Shown here in pieces: positions 14,737 through 28,059 of a stretch of DNA of 64,000 bases. Both the position numbers and the translations under genes were made by a program. This DNA comes from Amoebidium appalachense (taxonomy: Eukaryota > Protista > Ichthyosporea), in assembly GCA_963693365.1 (NCBI GenBank), contig CAVNZM010000003.1:8848046-8912045 (forward strand), given 5' to 3'. Numbering within the stretch: position 1 is the first letter of the stretch; each line of letters starts with the position of its first letter. Below the pieces are notes generated by a model that was given only the letters and a program-made list of their open reading frames with translations, was not told where the DNA came from and did not search any database.

Positions 14737-15323
14737 CTCTCCCAACCCCCCACATCTCTCGCCCCCCCCCCCTCTCGGTGTGTGGCTCTGTCTTTCTCAT
14801 TCCCTCGCTCTCCCTCTCGCTCTCCCTTTCCCTCTCCCTCCTTTCTCTCTCTCTTTCTCCCCCTCCCCTCCCCCCCCCCCCCCCCCCCCCCCCCCCTTCT
14901 TCCCTCCTTCCCTCTCTCCTCCCACCCTCCCCCCCTTCTCCTCTTCCTCCCTCCCTCTGCACGTTTCCCAACACCCACCCATATGCCACGGCCATATGCA
15001 GCCACCGTGCATACTCCTCTATCAGCCCCGCAGCCTTCTCTCCATCTGCCCCCTCCAGTAGCCCATACACAGTCGCCCCCATACCACATGCCCACGCCTC
15101 CCTGTTAGGAAAAGTAAGGTGAGAGTGAAGTCAGGAAAATGAAATGCGATATTTGCAAATGAAAGGAACTTGGCTAGGCCATGCAATCATTACCAGAGAA
15201 TACATGGTCACCCTCCGTACATCATACCCATTACTGAACGGGGTTACATCAATACGATGCTGGCCAACCAATGGAACCCTAAACCTCCCCTCTCCCCCTG
15301 CCCTTCAAAAATGACCCCTCCCC

Positions 15324-15354
<31 letters not shown>

Positions 15355-16263
15355 ACACGCCTTTCCTGTAGTGTGCCTGGGTGGGTGTGTCTGTGTGTGG
15401 GTGTACCTGTGTAACTGTGTGAGGTGTGTGTGTCTCTGTATGGGCACGAGCCTACGTGACTGCGCGCGGAAGTGCGTGCGAGCGTGTGCGTGCCTGCCTG
15501 CCTGTGTGCATGTGCATGTGTGTGTGTGTGTGTGCGCGCGCGTGTGCGTGTGTGCGTGGGTTCATGTGTGTGTGTGTAGGTCTTTGAGAGTGCCCGTGGG
15601 CGCACGGGTGTGCAGATGTGTGTGTATATGGGGGGGTGCCTACCCGAACAGTGGTAAATGGTGTCTGGCTAAACAGCAAAGCGCGGTAAATGCCTCAGCT
15701 CTCGTTGCTTCTGGCAGTTGCAAATTCGCAATGGCACCACCTAACAACTCGATGGCAGATTGCCTGTTATCGAATAAACCCCCCATCCGCCCATTTTTCA
15801 CGTCAGACCCATTTGCAGGGTCGTTAACTGCTGCGGCATTTACCAAATTGTTCTGTTCTTGGGTATTCGAGGTCATACCAGGTTCAGATGTAAGTTCATG
15901 TAATAACGTGCCGTTTTGGCCGGAAATTTCTTGCGGTGAGTGGTAAAATTGGCTCAGTGGGGGTTTTAGCAGTGTGGCGACTTCTCCCTCCCTTGCCGAT
16001 GCACAGCACACAGCACCCAGACACGATAGCCCGGCTGCAGACACAGTGGCATCTGTGGATCGGAGAAAGCCGTAATTTTTGAGAAGATAACACACATGTT
16101 GACCCCTCCCCCACCCTTCAGACCACACACACAAAAAAGTGGAGAGGGGGGGGGAGGGGGGCGGAGTGGATGATGAAGGAAGAGAGGGGGAGATCAAGAA
16201 ACATAGACACACAAACAGAGGAAGAAAGGAGCACACGGGCATGCATATACACCCACCTCTACA

Positions 16264-16312
<49 letters not shown>

Positions 16313-16670
16313 GCTTCCTCCCTCCGTGCATTCCTTTCGAGTCCCACGGCTCGACACCCTCCAAATCAAAAATCAAACACATAACCACACCAGCTCACCC
16401 AGGAAACACAAAAAGAGATGACTTGTAGTTTCACTTGTGTCGCACGCAAGACACACATATGTGAAGCTACCCTCCTTGGCTGGCATATATGTATATGATC
16501 ATGTATGTACGTATGTACGTGCCTACGTACGGACGTGCTTACGCACACACGCACCCACGTACGCACGAACCCACGCACGCATGCACGCACGCATGCACAC
16601 ACGCATACAGACACATCAGGCATGTACATGCAAGCATGGATGCAGGGATGTGTGTGTGTCCGTGCGTGCG

Positions 16671-16715
<45 letters not shown>

Positions 16716-16899
16716 ATGTGTGCAAGCGCATGCATGAAGCTGGCAGTTGGGCGTGCCAGTGGCGGGGGAGGGGGCGAGAATGGGGGGGAGAATGGGTTAC
16801 CTGGGTGTTGTAGGAGAGTGGCCACTCGGGCCATGACAGACCACAAAAGGTTTGGTTGCAGCCGGGCATAGGGGGCACTCAGAACAAGCACGGTCAGGC

Positions 16900-16961
<62 letters not shown>

Positions 16962-17374
16962 CGAGCGAGCGTGTGTGTGTGGGTTTGCTTGTGTTCGCTC
17001 ATGTGTGTATTCGGAGGGGTGCGCGTGGGTTAAGGGGGGGGGGGGGGGGGGGGGGGAGGAGATAAAAGCTACAAGACAGCAGATACTGATTGAATGCGTC
17101 CGGGAGAGGGGGGTGGGGGGAGGGGGGGGGGGGAGGGGGGAGAGGGGGTCAGAACGAAACAGCAAACACGAAGAAATGGTGTGTATGTGTGTACGCGTAG
17201 GTGTTGTATTGTTGTGTATTTGTGATTGTGATAGTGCATGCACGTGTTCCTGCTCACGGGTGGTGGGGGCAGTGGTGGTGTTTATGTCCGGCGGAGAGGA
17301 GGGGCAAGGGGGGGGAGGGGGGGGGGGGGGGAGGGGTTATATGAGAACGAAGTGAAATCAAAGAGGAAGGGAAA

Positions 17375-17415
<41 letters not shown>

Positions 17416-17604
17416 GTACACACTAACCCATCATGAGCACAAAGAGGAATATATTCCGGAATTCGAATGGAGTCCGATCACGTTAAAAGGGTTTAGGGGC
17501 TGAGATAGAATGATCTGTATCCTTCTTTCCACTCCCTCCCCACCCCCTTTTTGGTTTTGGTTTTGCCTTGTAGATTGTGTGTGGGTGTGGGTGTGTGTCG
17601 AGGT

Positions 17605-17652
<48 letters not shown>

Positions 17653-19084
17653 CTTTCACGAAAATAAACACACACTGAAAGTCAGTTTTTCATCGTGAAC
17701 ACCAACAAGACGGGCTAAACAGCTCCTGAAGGGGTAGGGGCCACTGGGGGGGTGAGGTTGGGGAGGGTGGTGGTGGTGGTGGTGGTGAAGGGGCAGGTGG
17801 TAGTGGCGGTGGTGATGTGTGTGGTGTGCATGTTGTGTATTGGGGGGGAAAAGGCCGGGTGGGGGGGGGGGGGGGGGGGGGGGGAGGGGGGGGGGGAAGG
17901 AGGGAAGGGGAAGAGAGGGGGGGAGGGGAGGAGGAGGGGAGGAGCGGGGTATCAACGGCACACCTTTGTTGCCATGGCGATGGGCTGAGGAGTGATTTCA
18001 TTGGCCAAGGCTGCAAGCAGTACCTCGTGCAGGTGCCTGACGGTGATGCCTAGTGCCTCGGAGAAGGTAGTGAAGGAGGTGCGCCGACCATCGGCACTGT
18101 GATTGGTTGGTGATGACGTGAGTAGGTAGGCGGGAATATGTGAGTGTGTAGATATGTGAAGATGTGAGTATGTGCCATACGGGAATGTACGGGTATGTGG
18201 ATGTGAGTATGTGGGTATGCCATATGTAGTATCCCCCCCCCCCCCCCCCCCCCCTCCACAGACCCACCCACTCAACCACCCACCCACTCTCTCTACTCCG
18301 CCCCACTCCCCCCCTCTCACTCCCTCCCCCAATCTCTCTCTCCACCCTCTTCTACTCCCTCCCATACCCTCACCCTCCCTCTTGCCCCCTGCCCTCTCTC
18401 TCCCCCACCCCCCCATAACCCATTCATCCTCTCCCACTCTCTCCCTCCCTGTCGTTTCCCCCCTGTCCCCCTCCCTGTCCCCTCCCTCTCTATCCCCCCC
18501 CCCCCCCCCCCCCCCCTCTTTTACTCCCCCGCTCATATACACTCCTCAACATCCCTTTAGCCCCATCCTCACAAATTACTCGAAGAATCCTTGTTACCAA
18601 CATCCCCCCCCCCCCCCCCCCCAACCCCCCCTACCCCCCCCCCCCCCCCCCGTCTCTTCCCCCCACGGCTTACCCCCGCCCCCTCCCCCCCCCCCCCCAC
18701 CCACCCACCCATATATGTACTCATTCTCCAATTAGATTTCTGGGACTTGTATTAATCCCCCCTGCCCTCTTTATGGAATCAGCTAACTCATAACAACACA
18801 ACACCAACCGGTACACAGGCCAGGGGGGAAGAGCAGGCGTGTGTCTGTGTGTGTGTGTGGGGGGTGTTAGGGGTGTGTCTGTGGGGGGGGGAAGGGGGGG
18901 GGGGGAGCAGGGGGGAGGAGAGGAGGGCGGGATGTGCTACACAGTAAAGAAGTACACATTCACGAACGGGGGGGAGAGGGGGTGGGTGGGGGGGGCCTTA
19001 CGTGTCGTTTGCAGCAGACAGGTATGCAGTCGAGCCGTCCAGAAATGCGGCTAGGGTGCCCATGGCCCCCATGCGCACACGTAC

Positions 19085-19121
<37 letters not shown>

Positions 19122-19610
19122 TGTTGGGAGGGGGGAGGGAGGAGGAAGGACGGGGGAAGAGGTGGGTGTGTGTGTGTGTGTATGTGTGTGTGTGTGTGTG
19201 GGGGGGGGGAACCGAGGACAGAAAAGATGGTTAGTTGCCCGAAGGGAGGGAGGGGGGGGGCTAAACAGCTGCCAATGGGTGGGGAGCGTATGTGCGTTGG
19301 TGGGGCAGGAGGGACGGGGGGGGCGGGAGGAAGGGGGGGAGGGGGGGGGGGGGGCGATTATGTGTGTGTGTGTGTGTGTACTCGCGCGCGTGTGTCCGTT
19401 TGTCAAGGGAGAGATGTGAGGAGGGGGGAGGGGAGGGGCACAGCGATGAGCACGACAGGGTGATGGCAGACGTTGAGCCACAGTGGGATAAAGTAACAAC
19501 GGGAGCAATGGTAGCCGCAAGAGAGCTGATTTTTTTCAATTGTATTCAATTCTATTTTATTTTATTTTTTATCTATTTATTTTGGGAGAGTGGGGAGTTG
19601 GGGGTTGGGG

Positions 19611-19646
<36 letters not shown>

Positions 19647-19807
19647 GGAGTTTGTTACCGACCTGGATCATGCAGCATGGCAGACATGAGGGTGTCTCGT
19701 CTGTTGAGTGAGTCCTGGGCAAGACCCACCACGGCCCAAAATCGGTACGTGTCCTTGCGCGGCGTGTACTGTACGTGTGTGTGTGTGTGTGTGAGTGAGT
19801 GAGTGTG

Positions 19808-19861
<54 letters not shown>

Positions 19862-20515
19862 CGCGTGTGCGTGGCGTGCGTGCGTGCGTCCGTGTGTGTG
19901 TGTGCGTGCGTGCGTGCTTGCGTGCGCACGTGCGTGCGTGTGTGTGTGTGTGTGTGTGTCTGTATATGTGTGTGTGGGTGCATGTGGATGGTTGAGTGGG
20001 TGTGCATGTGTGCATGTGTGCATGTCTGTGTGTATGTGCACGCATGCTTATGCATGTGTGTGTGTGCGCGGCAAAACTCTGTCGGTGAGTAAGTGTACCT
20101 GATTGTTGTGTGCGTGTCTTTTGTGTGACGGTGCTGATTTGCAGTGCAACATGTGCATGAAGGAAGAGGAATTAGTTACTAACATGAACGTGTGGAGAGG
20201 AGTTCTGGAATAATGCAAATGTGATGGGACGCGAGAGGGGTGGGAGGAAGGGGAGGGCCGGGGGGTGGGGGAAGGGGAGGAGGAATCCAGTGTATGTAGC
20301 CGTTGGTGTTTACTCTGATACGGGGTGAGAGACAGATTACGTGTGTGCGAGTTGGGGAGAAGAGGCAAGCGGGCGGGGGGAGAGGGGGGGGGGGGGGGGG
20401 GGGGGATGGGAAGGTAGGATGGAGACCATACACGGGCATGCCTAGAGAGTAGAATCGAGTGTACAGCACATGAGGGGTAGTTTCGGTGTATGGTCGTCGT
20501 GGTGGTGGTGGTGGT

Positions 20516-20561
<46 letters not shown>

Positions 20562-20703
20562 GAAAGGGATTAGAATGCGTTGTAGAGTACGAAGTACACA
20601 TCCACAAAGAGCAACACCGTGCAGAATGCAAAGCACACAAAAAAGAGAAGCATCGAGAGAAGAGGCTAATTTCCCCGGGGTGGGGGTGGGGGGGGGTGGG
20701 GGT

Positions 20704-20736
<33 letters not shown>

Positions 20737-20936
20737 GGGGGGGGCAAATCGTCCACAGCACCCGAGGACAGCACCTGAGGTTTGACCCATTCACTCCGGG
20801 AGGGGAGGGAGGGAGGGAGGCACTTACTCTTATTGATGTTTGCAGGCATGAAAGGGCATTCAGACGAACAGCAGAGGCAGTGATTCTGTGGTGCAAAATG
20901 CAAGAGGGGTAAGTGTGGGTGTGGGTGTGTGTGGTT

Positions 20937-20967
<31 letters not shown>

Positions 20968-21852
20968 GGGGGGGGGGGGGGACGGGGGGGGGAGGGGGCA
21001 GCTTCCTTTGAAGTGAGGGACACCTGGGTATTCTAAGGAATCTTGTTTCGCCGTTAGAATACCACGAAATAATCACCAGCTATTTCTCAGCTAAAACCCT
21101 GACCCCCCCCCCCCCTCCCCCTCCTCCTCCCCCTCTCCCCCCCCCCCCCCCACCACCACCACCCCCTCCCGCGCCCCTTCTTGCCCCTTACCCACCCTTA
21201 CCCTAATGTATTTCGTTCCCCCGAAACAAAAACAATGGTCAGTTGGGCACAAATACGACACACACACTGTCACTGAATTCCTTGTGACCAAACGATTAAG
21301 GGTAAACTAAATGATCAAAAGAGAGGACCGGGTGATACGAACGAGGGGAGGGGAAGGGGGGGGGTTTGAATGCGGAACACGAAGTACGGGGGGAAAGGGG
21401 GGAGGGGGGGGGGAGAGGGTGGGGGGAGGGGGAGGAGAAGTTAGCAATGTTCCCACTTTTTCTTATTGTTTTCTAAAAATTATAGCACACGACGCATCAT
21501 AAAAACGACGACTTAGTACACACTCGAGATAAAATTCAGGCATGCAAACAGGCAAGACTAAAAATGGGTGTCGGTGTGTGTCTCATGATCTTGGCTCACC
21601 AAGGTCATTGTAGTGGTGGTGGTAGCGTTCGTGCTTTTGTGATGTCCGTGCATGGGTGTCCGTGTGTGGATGTGTGTGGGCAGGGGGTGAGGGGGGGAAG
21701 GGGGAAAGGTGGAGGGGGAGGGGGGACGGGGGGAGGGGAGGGGGGGGGGGGGGGGGGGGGGGGATTTCGTGCCTTCGCTTGGGTTCGGTTCCATCGACAT
21801 CGCTCATTTCAGAGTCTGAACTGATTGCTCGGAGAGTGGGAACCTGTGGGTG

Positions 21853-21928
<76 letters not shown>

Positions 21929-22584
21929 TGAGTATTGACTTGTCTGAGCTGCTGGCAGAAACAATGGATTGTTGTGCGAGGGGGGCAGAGGGATGTGGAA
22001 GAGTCGGGGGGGAGGGGGTGGGGGGTGGGGGGTGGCGGCGGGGTGTGTGTGTGTTGGGGGGGGGGGGGGGGGGGGGGGTTGAATGCGGAACACGGTACGA
22101 AGTACGCATACACGACGAGAAGCATGGTGCAGGACACATGCAAAGGCAAACATTCAAGTATGCAACATCAGCCATGTGCACAGTATGCGTCATAGGCAGA
22201 GCCCATCCTCAGGGAGGACCCAAGTCATCAATTGCGTCTGAGTTTCGACCCCTTAGGCCGCGTATATACGACGCTCCAACTCAGACAGCAGCATCAACTG
22301 AACTTGGGCGGGTCAACCCGTCTTGATCAAAGACGAGCAGGGTTGCTTATGCAAGCAAGGTGAGCAAAACGATGAAGATGTGTGTGCAAACTAATGCAGT
22401 GCAGCGAAAAATGCGTATGTGCTTACAGATGCACTACACAGAGCAACCATGCCCGGTTGCATGGAAGTAAAGCGGTGGGGGGGAGGGGGTTGAATGCGTC
22501 ATAATGTACAAAGTACACACGAACAACGGGTAACACGATGCAGAATGCAAACCATACAAAGAGAGTATGCATAATAAGCAGAGC

Positions 22585-22624
<40 letters not shown>

Positions 22625-22944
22625 GCTCTATGTGCTTACAGATGCACTACACAGAGCAACCATGCCCGGTTGCATGGAAGTAAAGCGGTGGGGAAAGTAA
22701 TACTTTGTCATTTGTCCATTCACTCCGAAAGGCCCCCTTCATTGCACCGCTTCTTCCTGTAATCATAACATTTGGTGTTAGCTGTGTTGTCCAAAAAAAG
22801 CACTCAACTCCTAACAAACCTATGCCCCCATGGCCATCATCCCCACCTTTTGCTACACACACAGACACCAACATTTCCCCGCACGTCACCCCCCCCCCCC
22901 CCCCCCTTCTTCCCCCCCCCCCCCCCCCCCCCCCCCCTCCCCCC

Positions 22945-22977
<33 letters not shown>

Positions 22978-23136
22978 ACACACACATTTATTATACCCCC
23001 CACCCCCTCCCTCACCGGGACTTCGTAGGGCACGTCACCCATCCACCCAAATTCCACCCACACGTTCACCCACTAGCCATAACCCCCCACCCACACACAT
23101 ACGCCCCTCCTCCCCCCTCCCCCTCCCCCCCCCCAA

Positions 23137-23168
<32 letters not shown>

Positions 23169-23460
23169 CCACCACCACCACCAGCACACACACACTGCCA
23201 CATACACCACCACCATTAATCCCCCCCCCCCCCCCCCCCCCCCCCCCGCAACATCACCTGCATTTGGATGCCTCAAAGCAGCAGGGGAGGGACCAGCGGA
23301 TGGAAGGCCGTGGAACATGAAGGAACACAGGGTGGGCACCAGGCTGTCCATGTGAGCAACGTGGACCTTTCTCGATGACCCAATCACGTGTTGCAGCGCA
23401 CGCAGGCTGCTGCTGAGAAGCTGCATTCGCCCAAAACACACACACACACAAACAAACAAA

Positions 23461-23519
<59 letters not shown>

Positions 23520-23661
23520 TTACCAAATTTAATTATTTTCGCAGGTAAAATTCTGATAGCCAGCTCCCCCTGCCCCCCCCTCCCCCCCCCCCCCCCCCCC
23601 TCAACCCCTTTTCCAATTAGACCGCTTCCTTTTCTCCCTCCCTTTACCTTTTTATTCTCCG

Positions 23662-23719
<58 letters not shown>

Positions 23720-25516
23720 AAACAAAAATCGTCCCCTCCCATCTCCTTCCCTCCGAAAACCTTAGCAGCGCATCCAGAACAACAACCATCGTCACATTCT
23801 TACAATCCAACGAAACCGGATGATCAAGTGAAAACTAGCGAACAAACCGGTAGGCTCCAAATATTCGTACCTGCCCTCCCCCCCCCCCCGCCCCTCCCCC
23901 CCCCCCCACACACACACACACCTTGCTGACCGATCTCTCCCCCTCTGCGCGGTAGTGGGTCGGGTTTCTGGCCAGGTGCTGGTAGACTGCCCCGTACATG
24001 CCCCCCATGTACTGTGACATCATCAAGGTCACGTATGGAGTAAATAAGTGTATGGATTATGGATGTATGTTGTGTGGATACTTACAACAAGCCTGAAAAT
24101 ACATGATTTTGAATGCAATGTAACAGAATGAACTTGGTTGAATGTAGGAAAAGACTACCTGTGTACTTTGGTGTTACTCCGCGTGGGCGGGTGCCGGCTG
24201 GGCGGGTGGGTGTCGCGGGGAGAAAGGGAGGGGGGAGGGGGGAGGGGGGAGGGGGGGGGGGGGGGAAAGATAGGCACTACTATTTTTAGTCATGACAAGC
24301 GACAGGCACCAGGGTCAGTACAGACGATGGTGAAACTTAAACGTTCATAGGCAAAGCACACAAACAACTTCATAGCTACAACGTAAAAATTCCCAGCAAA
24401 AACCGGGGCACAATCACATGAGAGTTCACAGCAAAGAAAGCATGCAAAAACGGGAATTTTAAAAGCAAACAAAGCCAGCAACCACGATGATTGTCAAATT
24501 TCAGTCTCACCTTTTCCAGTTTTGGGCCTGTTGCCCTTGAGCACAGGTTGCCAATGCAGTTTACAGCCATGCGCAAAGTGTCGAGATCGGTCCCCTCCCT
24601 CCTGCCGTCAGCAAGTCGGAGCAAGATACCATTCTCCCCAACTAGCTCTGGGTACAGCTGCAAAGGGGAATGATGGAAAGAACCACAGGTGTTAGCGCTT
24701 TTCATACATTTTTTTTGAGTCTTTTTGTTGGTTTTTGAGCGGGTAAAGGAAGGGAGGGGTAGCCCGGGGGGAGGGGGGGGGGGGGAGGGGGGGGGGGTTG
24801 AATGCGGAACACGGTACGAAGTACGCATACGCGATGAGAAGCACGGTGCAGGACATAAGCAGGGGCAAACATATAAGTATGCAACATCAGCAATGTGCAA
24901 GTTATGCGTCATATGCAGAGCCTATGCTCAGGGAGGGGCGGGGGGGGGGGGGGGGGGGAGGGGGGAAGGGGGATATACCCATAACGAAGAGGAAATCTTA
25001 GTCGCAATATTGAAACCATCAAAGTCTATATGTCAGCACTTCACCGAATAACGTCAATGTGACATAAGCATGGCTTAATTGAACTAAAGGTTGGTTAGCC
25101 TAAATATAGTTCAAACTTTCTTTTTGTGCATCTAAAACCGCAAAAGTGAATTCTGAAAAAATACCAACAGATATAATCACAAACTGCACAGGTCGAACAA
25201 CAAGTAATTATGCCCATCCCCAATCCACCCAATTAGATTATCAATTAATCATCAGGTGCCCAATCATCATACACCTATAATCAGGCAACCAATCATCAAA
25301 CACCTATAATCAGGCAACCAATCATCAAACACCTATATTCAGGCCACCAATCATCACCCACCTTTGTCAATACGGGCCCATAGTCTAGCAGCAGTGTACT
25401 CATTGCTCTCAACACAGCCACCAAGGTCTGAGGCCGACTAAATCCTCCCCCGGCCACACCCACCAGCCACGATACAAGAACCTCGACAGTGGATGGTTCA
25501 AGGGGCACCTGTGTGT

Positions 25517-25547
<31 letters not shown>

Positions 25548-25666
25548 GGGGGGAGGGGGGGGAGGGAGGGGGGGGTGTTTGTGTTTGTGTTTGTGTGTGG
25601 GGGGGGGGGGGGGGGGGGGGGGGTGTGTGTGTGTGCGTGTGTGTGTGTTGGGGGGGGGGGGGGGTG

Positions 25667-25726
<60 letters not shown>

Positions 25727-26417
25727 TGTGTGTGTGTGTGCGCGTGTGTGTGTGCGCGTGTGTGTCTGTGCATGCGTACTCTTACGTGCATCTGTATGCA
25801 TGCGCATGTAAGCTCGCGTGCGCGCATGTGTGTTTGTGCGCGCGTACGTGTGTGTGGAGAGGAGATGGGGGGAGGGATGAAGGGTTGGGGCCACAGAAAG
25901 GGGGGGAAAAGGAGGGGGCACATGCAAATTGGGGAAGATATGCCCCGATGGGAGTGGGGGAGAGGGCAAGGGAAGCAGGAGATCGAAACAATATCACTCA
26001 CTGGCAGGTGAATTGCATATCACAGGAAGCCAAGGAGACCGAATCATGTCAAAAGGGTGGGGGTCGGGGGGGGGGGGGGGGGGGGGGGGGGAGGGGGGGG
26101 GATAATGTGCGTAAGAAGGGTTGAATCCCGGATATCTTTCACACAAATTATGGGTAAAAGAGACCGAAGTATTAACTAGGCCATACAATAGAGTGAGGTA
26201 AAATCCAAGTAATGTGTGTGTGCGCGCGCATATCCATATGTCGTTCATTTGTCCTTTTGTGGCTACGTGTGTGCGCTTGTGTGTGTGTGTGTGTTTGTTG
26301 GGTGTGTGTGTGTGTGTGTGTGTGTATGGGTGTGTGTACGTGTGTGTGCGTGGGTGTGCGTGGGTGGGTGGGTGGGTGGGTGGTTGGGTGGGTGGGTGGG
26401 TGGGTGGGTGTGTAGGG

Positions 26418-26491
<74 letters not shown>

Positions 26492-26778
26492 CCACGCGCG
26501 TTTGTGTGCGTGCACTCGAGCCTTTGTGTGTGTTGGTATGTGTACACATGCGGTATGTGTTTGTGCGTGTGTCTGTGTGTGTATCCTTGCTTCTTGCCTA
26601 TTTATGTGAATGCTTGTGTGCATGCGTGTATGCCTCCTTTGTACGTGTCTCTTTGTATGTGTATGCATGCATACTAAAAACGAGGAGTGGAGGTTGGAAG
26701 TGTTAATCTTGTTTTGGGAGGGCCGGGGGGCCGGGGGGCTGGGCGGCTGTTTTCTTTTTTTCTTATTTTTATTCTTTT

Positions 26779-26846
<68 letters not shown>

Positions 26847-28014
26847 TGAACCTGAAATCGTGAAAATTACCTGTAATCGTGCCAGCATATCGCCCAATAG
26901 CTGAGAGGCAAGCAGCAGTCCATCGTCAAAGGCCAGACGGGGGCTCAGGTGGATGGGTAGCTGCTCTAGCACGGACACAACCTATACATTTTAAACCATG
27001 TTTAATATGCTATTTTAAAAATTACGCTGAAATGACTGTGTGTATGATATGGTCACGCATCTACCAAGAAGGTGTTTAAATAATCTATTAAACCTGGTAA
27101 GGTTGTAAAAATACACCTTTTGAATGTTTTTATTGGGAAAAAAAGGATGAAGGATGAAATGCTTGGATTTGATCACAAAACTGGCACCACATTCAATCGT
27201 TGCAGATAATATGAAAAAAGAGAAAAGAAAACAGTGCAGAAAAAAGCTGTGTATACTAAAAGAGGAAACCACAAACACACCGAACTGAGCAAAAGGGTCA
27301 GTAGTTGAACCAAAAAAAAAGAAAAAGAAAACAAAAAAAACGGGGGGGAAACAAGAAGGAAACAGGGCTGGGGGGTCTGGTAAAAAGTTTAGGTGCCAGG
27401 GTGGCAAGCGAAAGCATCGGCCAGTAGGCATTTCTCTCTCTCTCTTCCCAGCTAACTTTCGGGCCAATTATCCCGGCCACCAAAATCACATTCATTGCTA
27501 CGACCCTCTCTTGAGCAGATTGGGAGGGGAGGGTGGGGAGGGTGGGGGGGGGGGGGGGGGGGGGGGTGATGAATGCGTTAGGGGTTGGAAATATGGAGGA
27601 GACAACAAAGAGCAACAGCAAAGCGTCACAAAGGTGGGAAATCCAAAATCAAACAATTTAAGCGTGCAGGCAGAAGACACTTGAACACGGGGGGGAGGGG
27701 GGGAGGGGCAGCGGCCTTTTGCTTTCTTCCATTATCCTTCCAAGCACCGTCCACTCCCCCTTCCCTCCCCCCCCCCCCCCCCCCCCCCCCCCCCCACCAC
27801 CACCACCAGCACCAGCACCACCACCACCACCAGCACCACCACCACCACCTTCTCTTCGACCCTCCACTGTCCACATGCACTCTAGCACATGTAGATACCA
27901 AAACCCATCGTGCTACTTGCCCCCTCCCTCCCTTCCCCACCCCCCTCCCCCCTTCCCCCGCGCCCCCCCCACTCCCCCCCCCCCCCCCCCCCACCACCAC
28001 TACCACCACCACCA

Positions 28015-28059
<45 letters not shown>

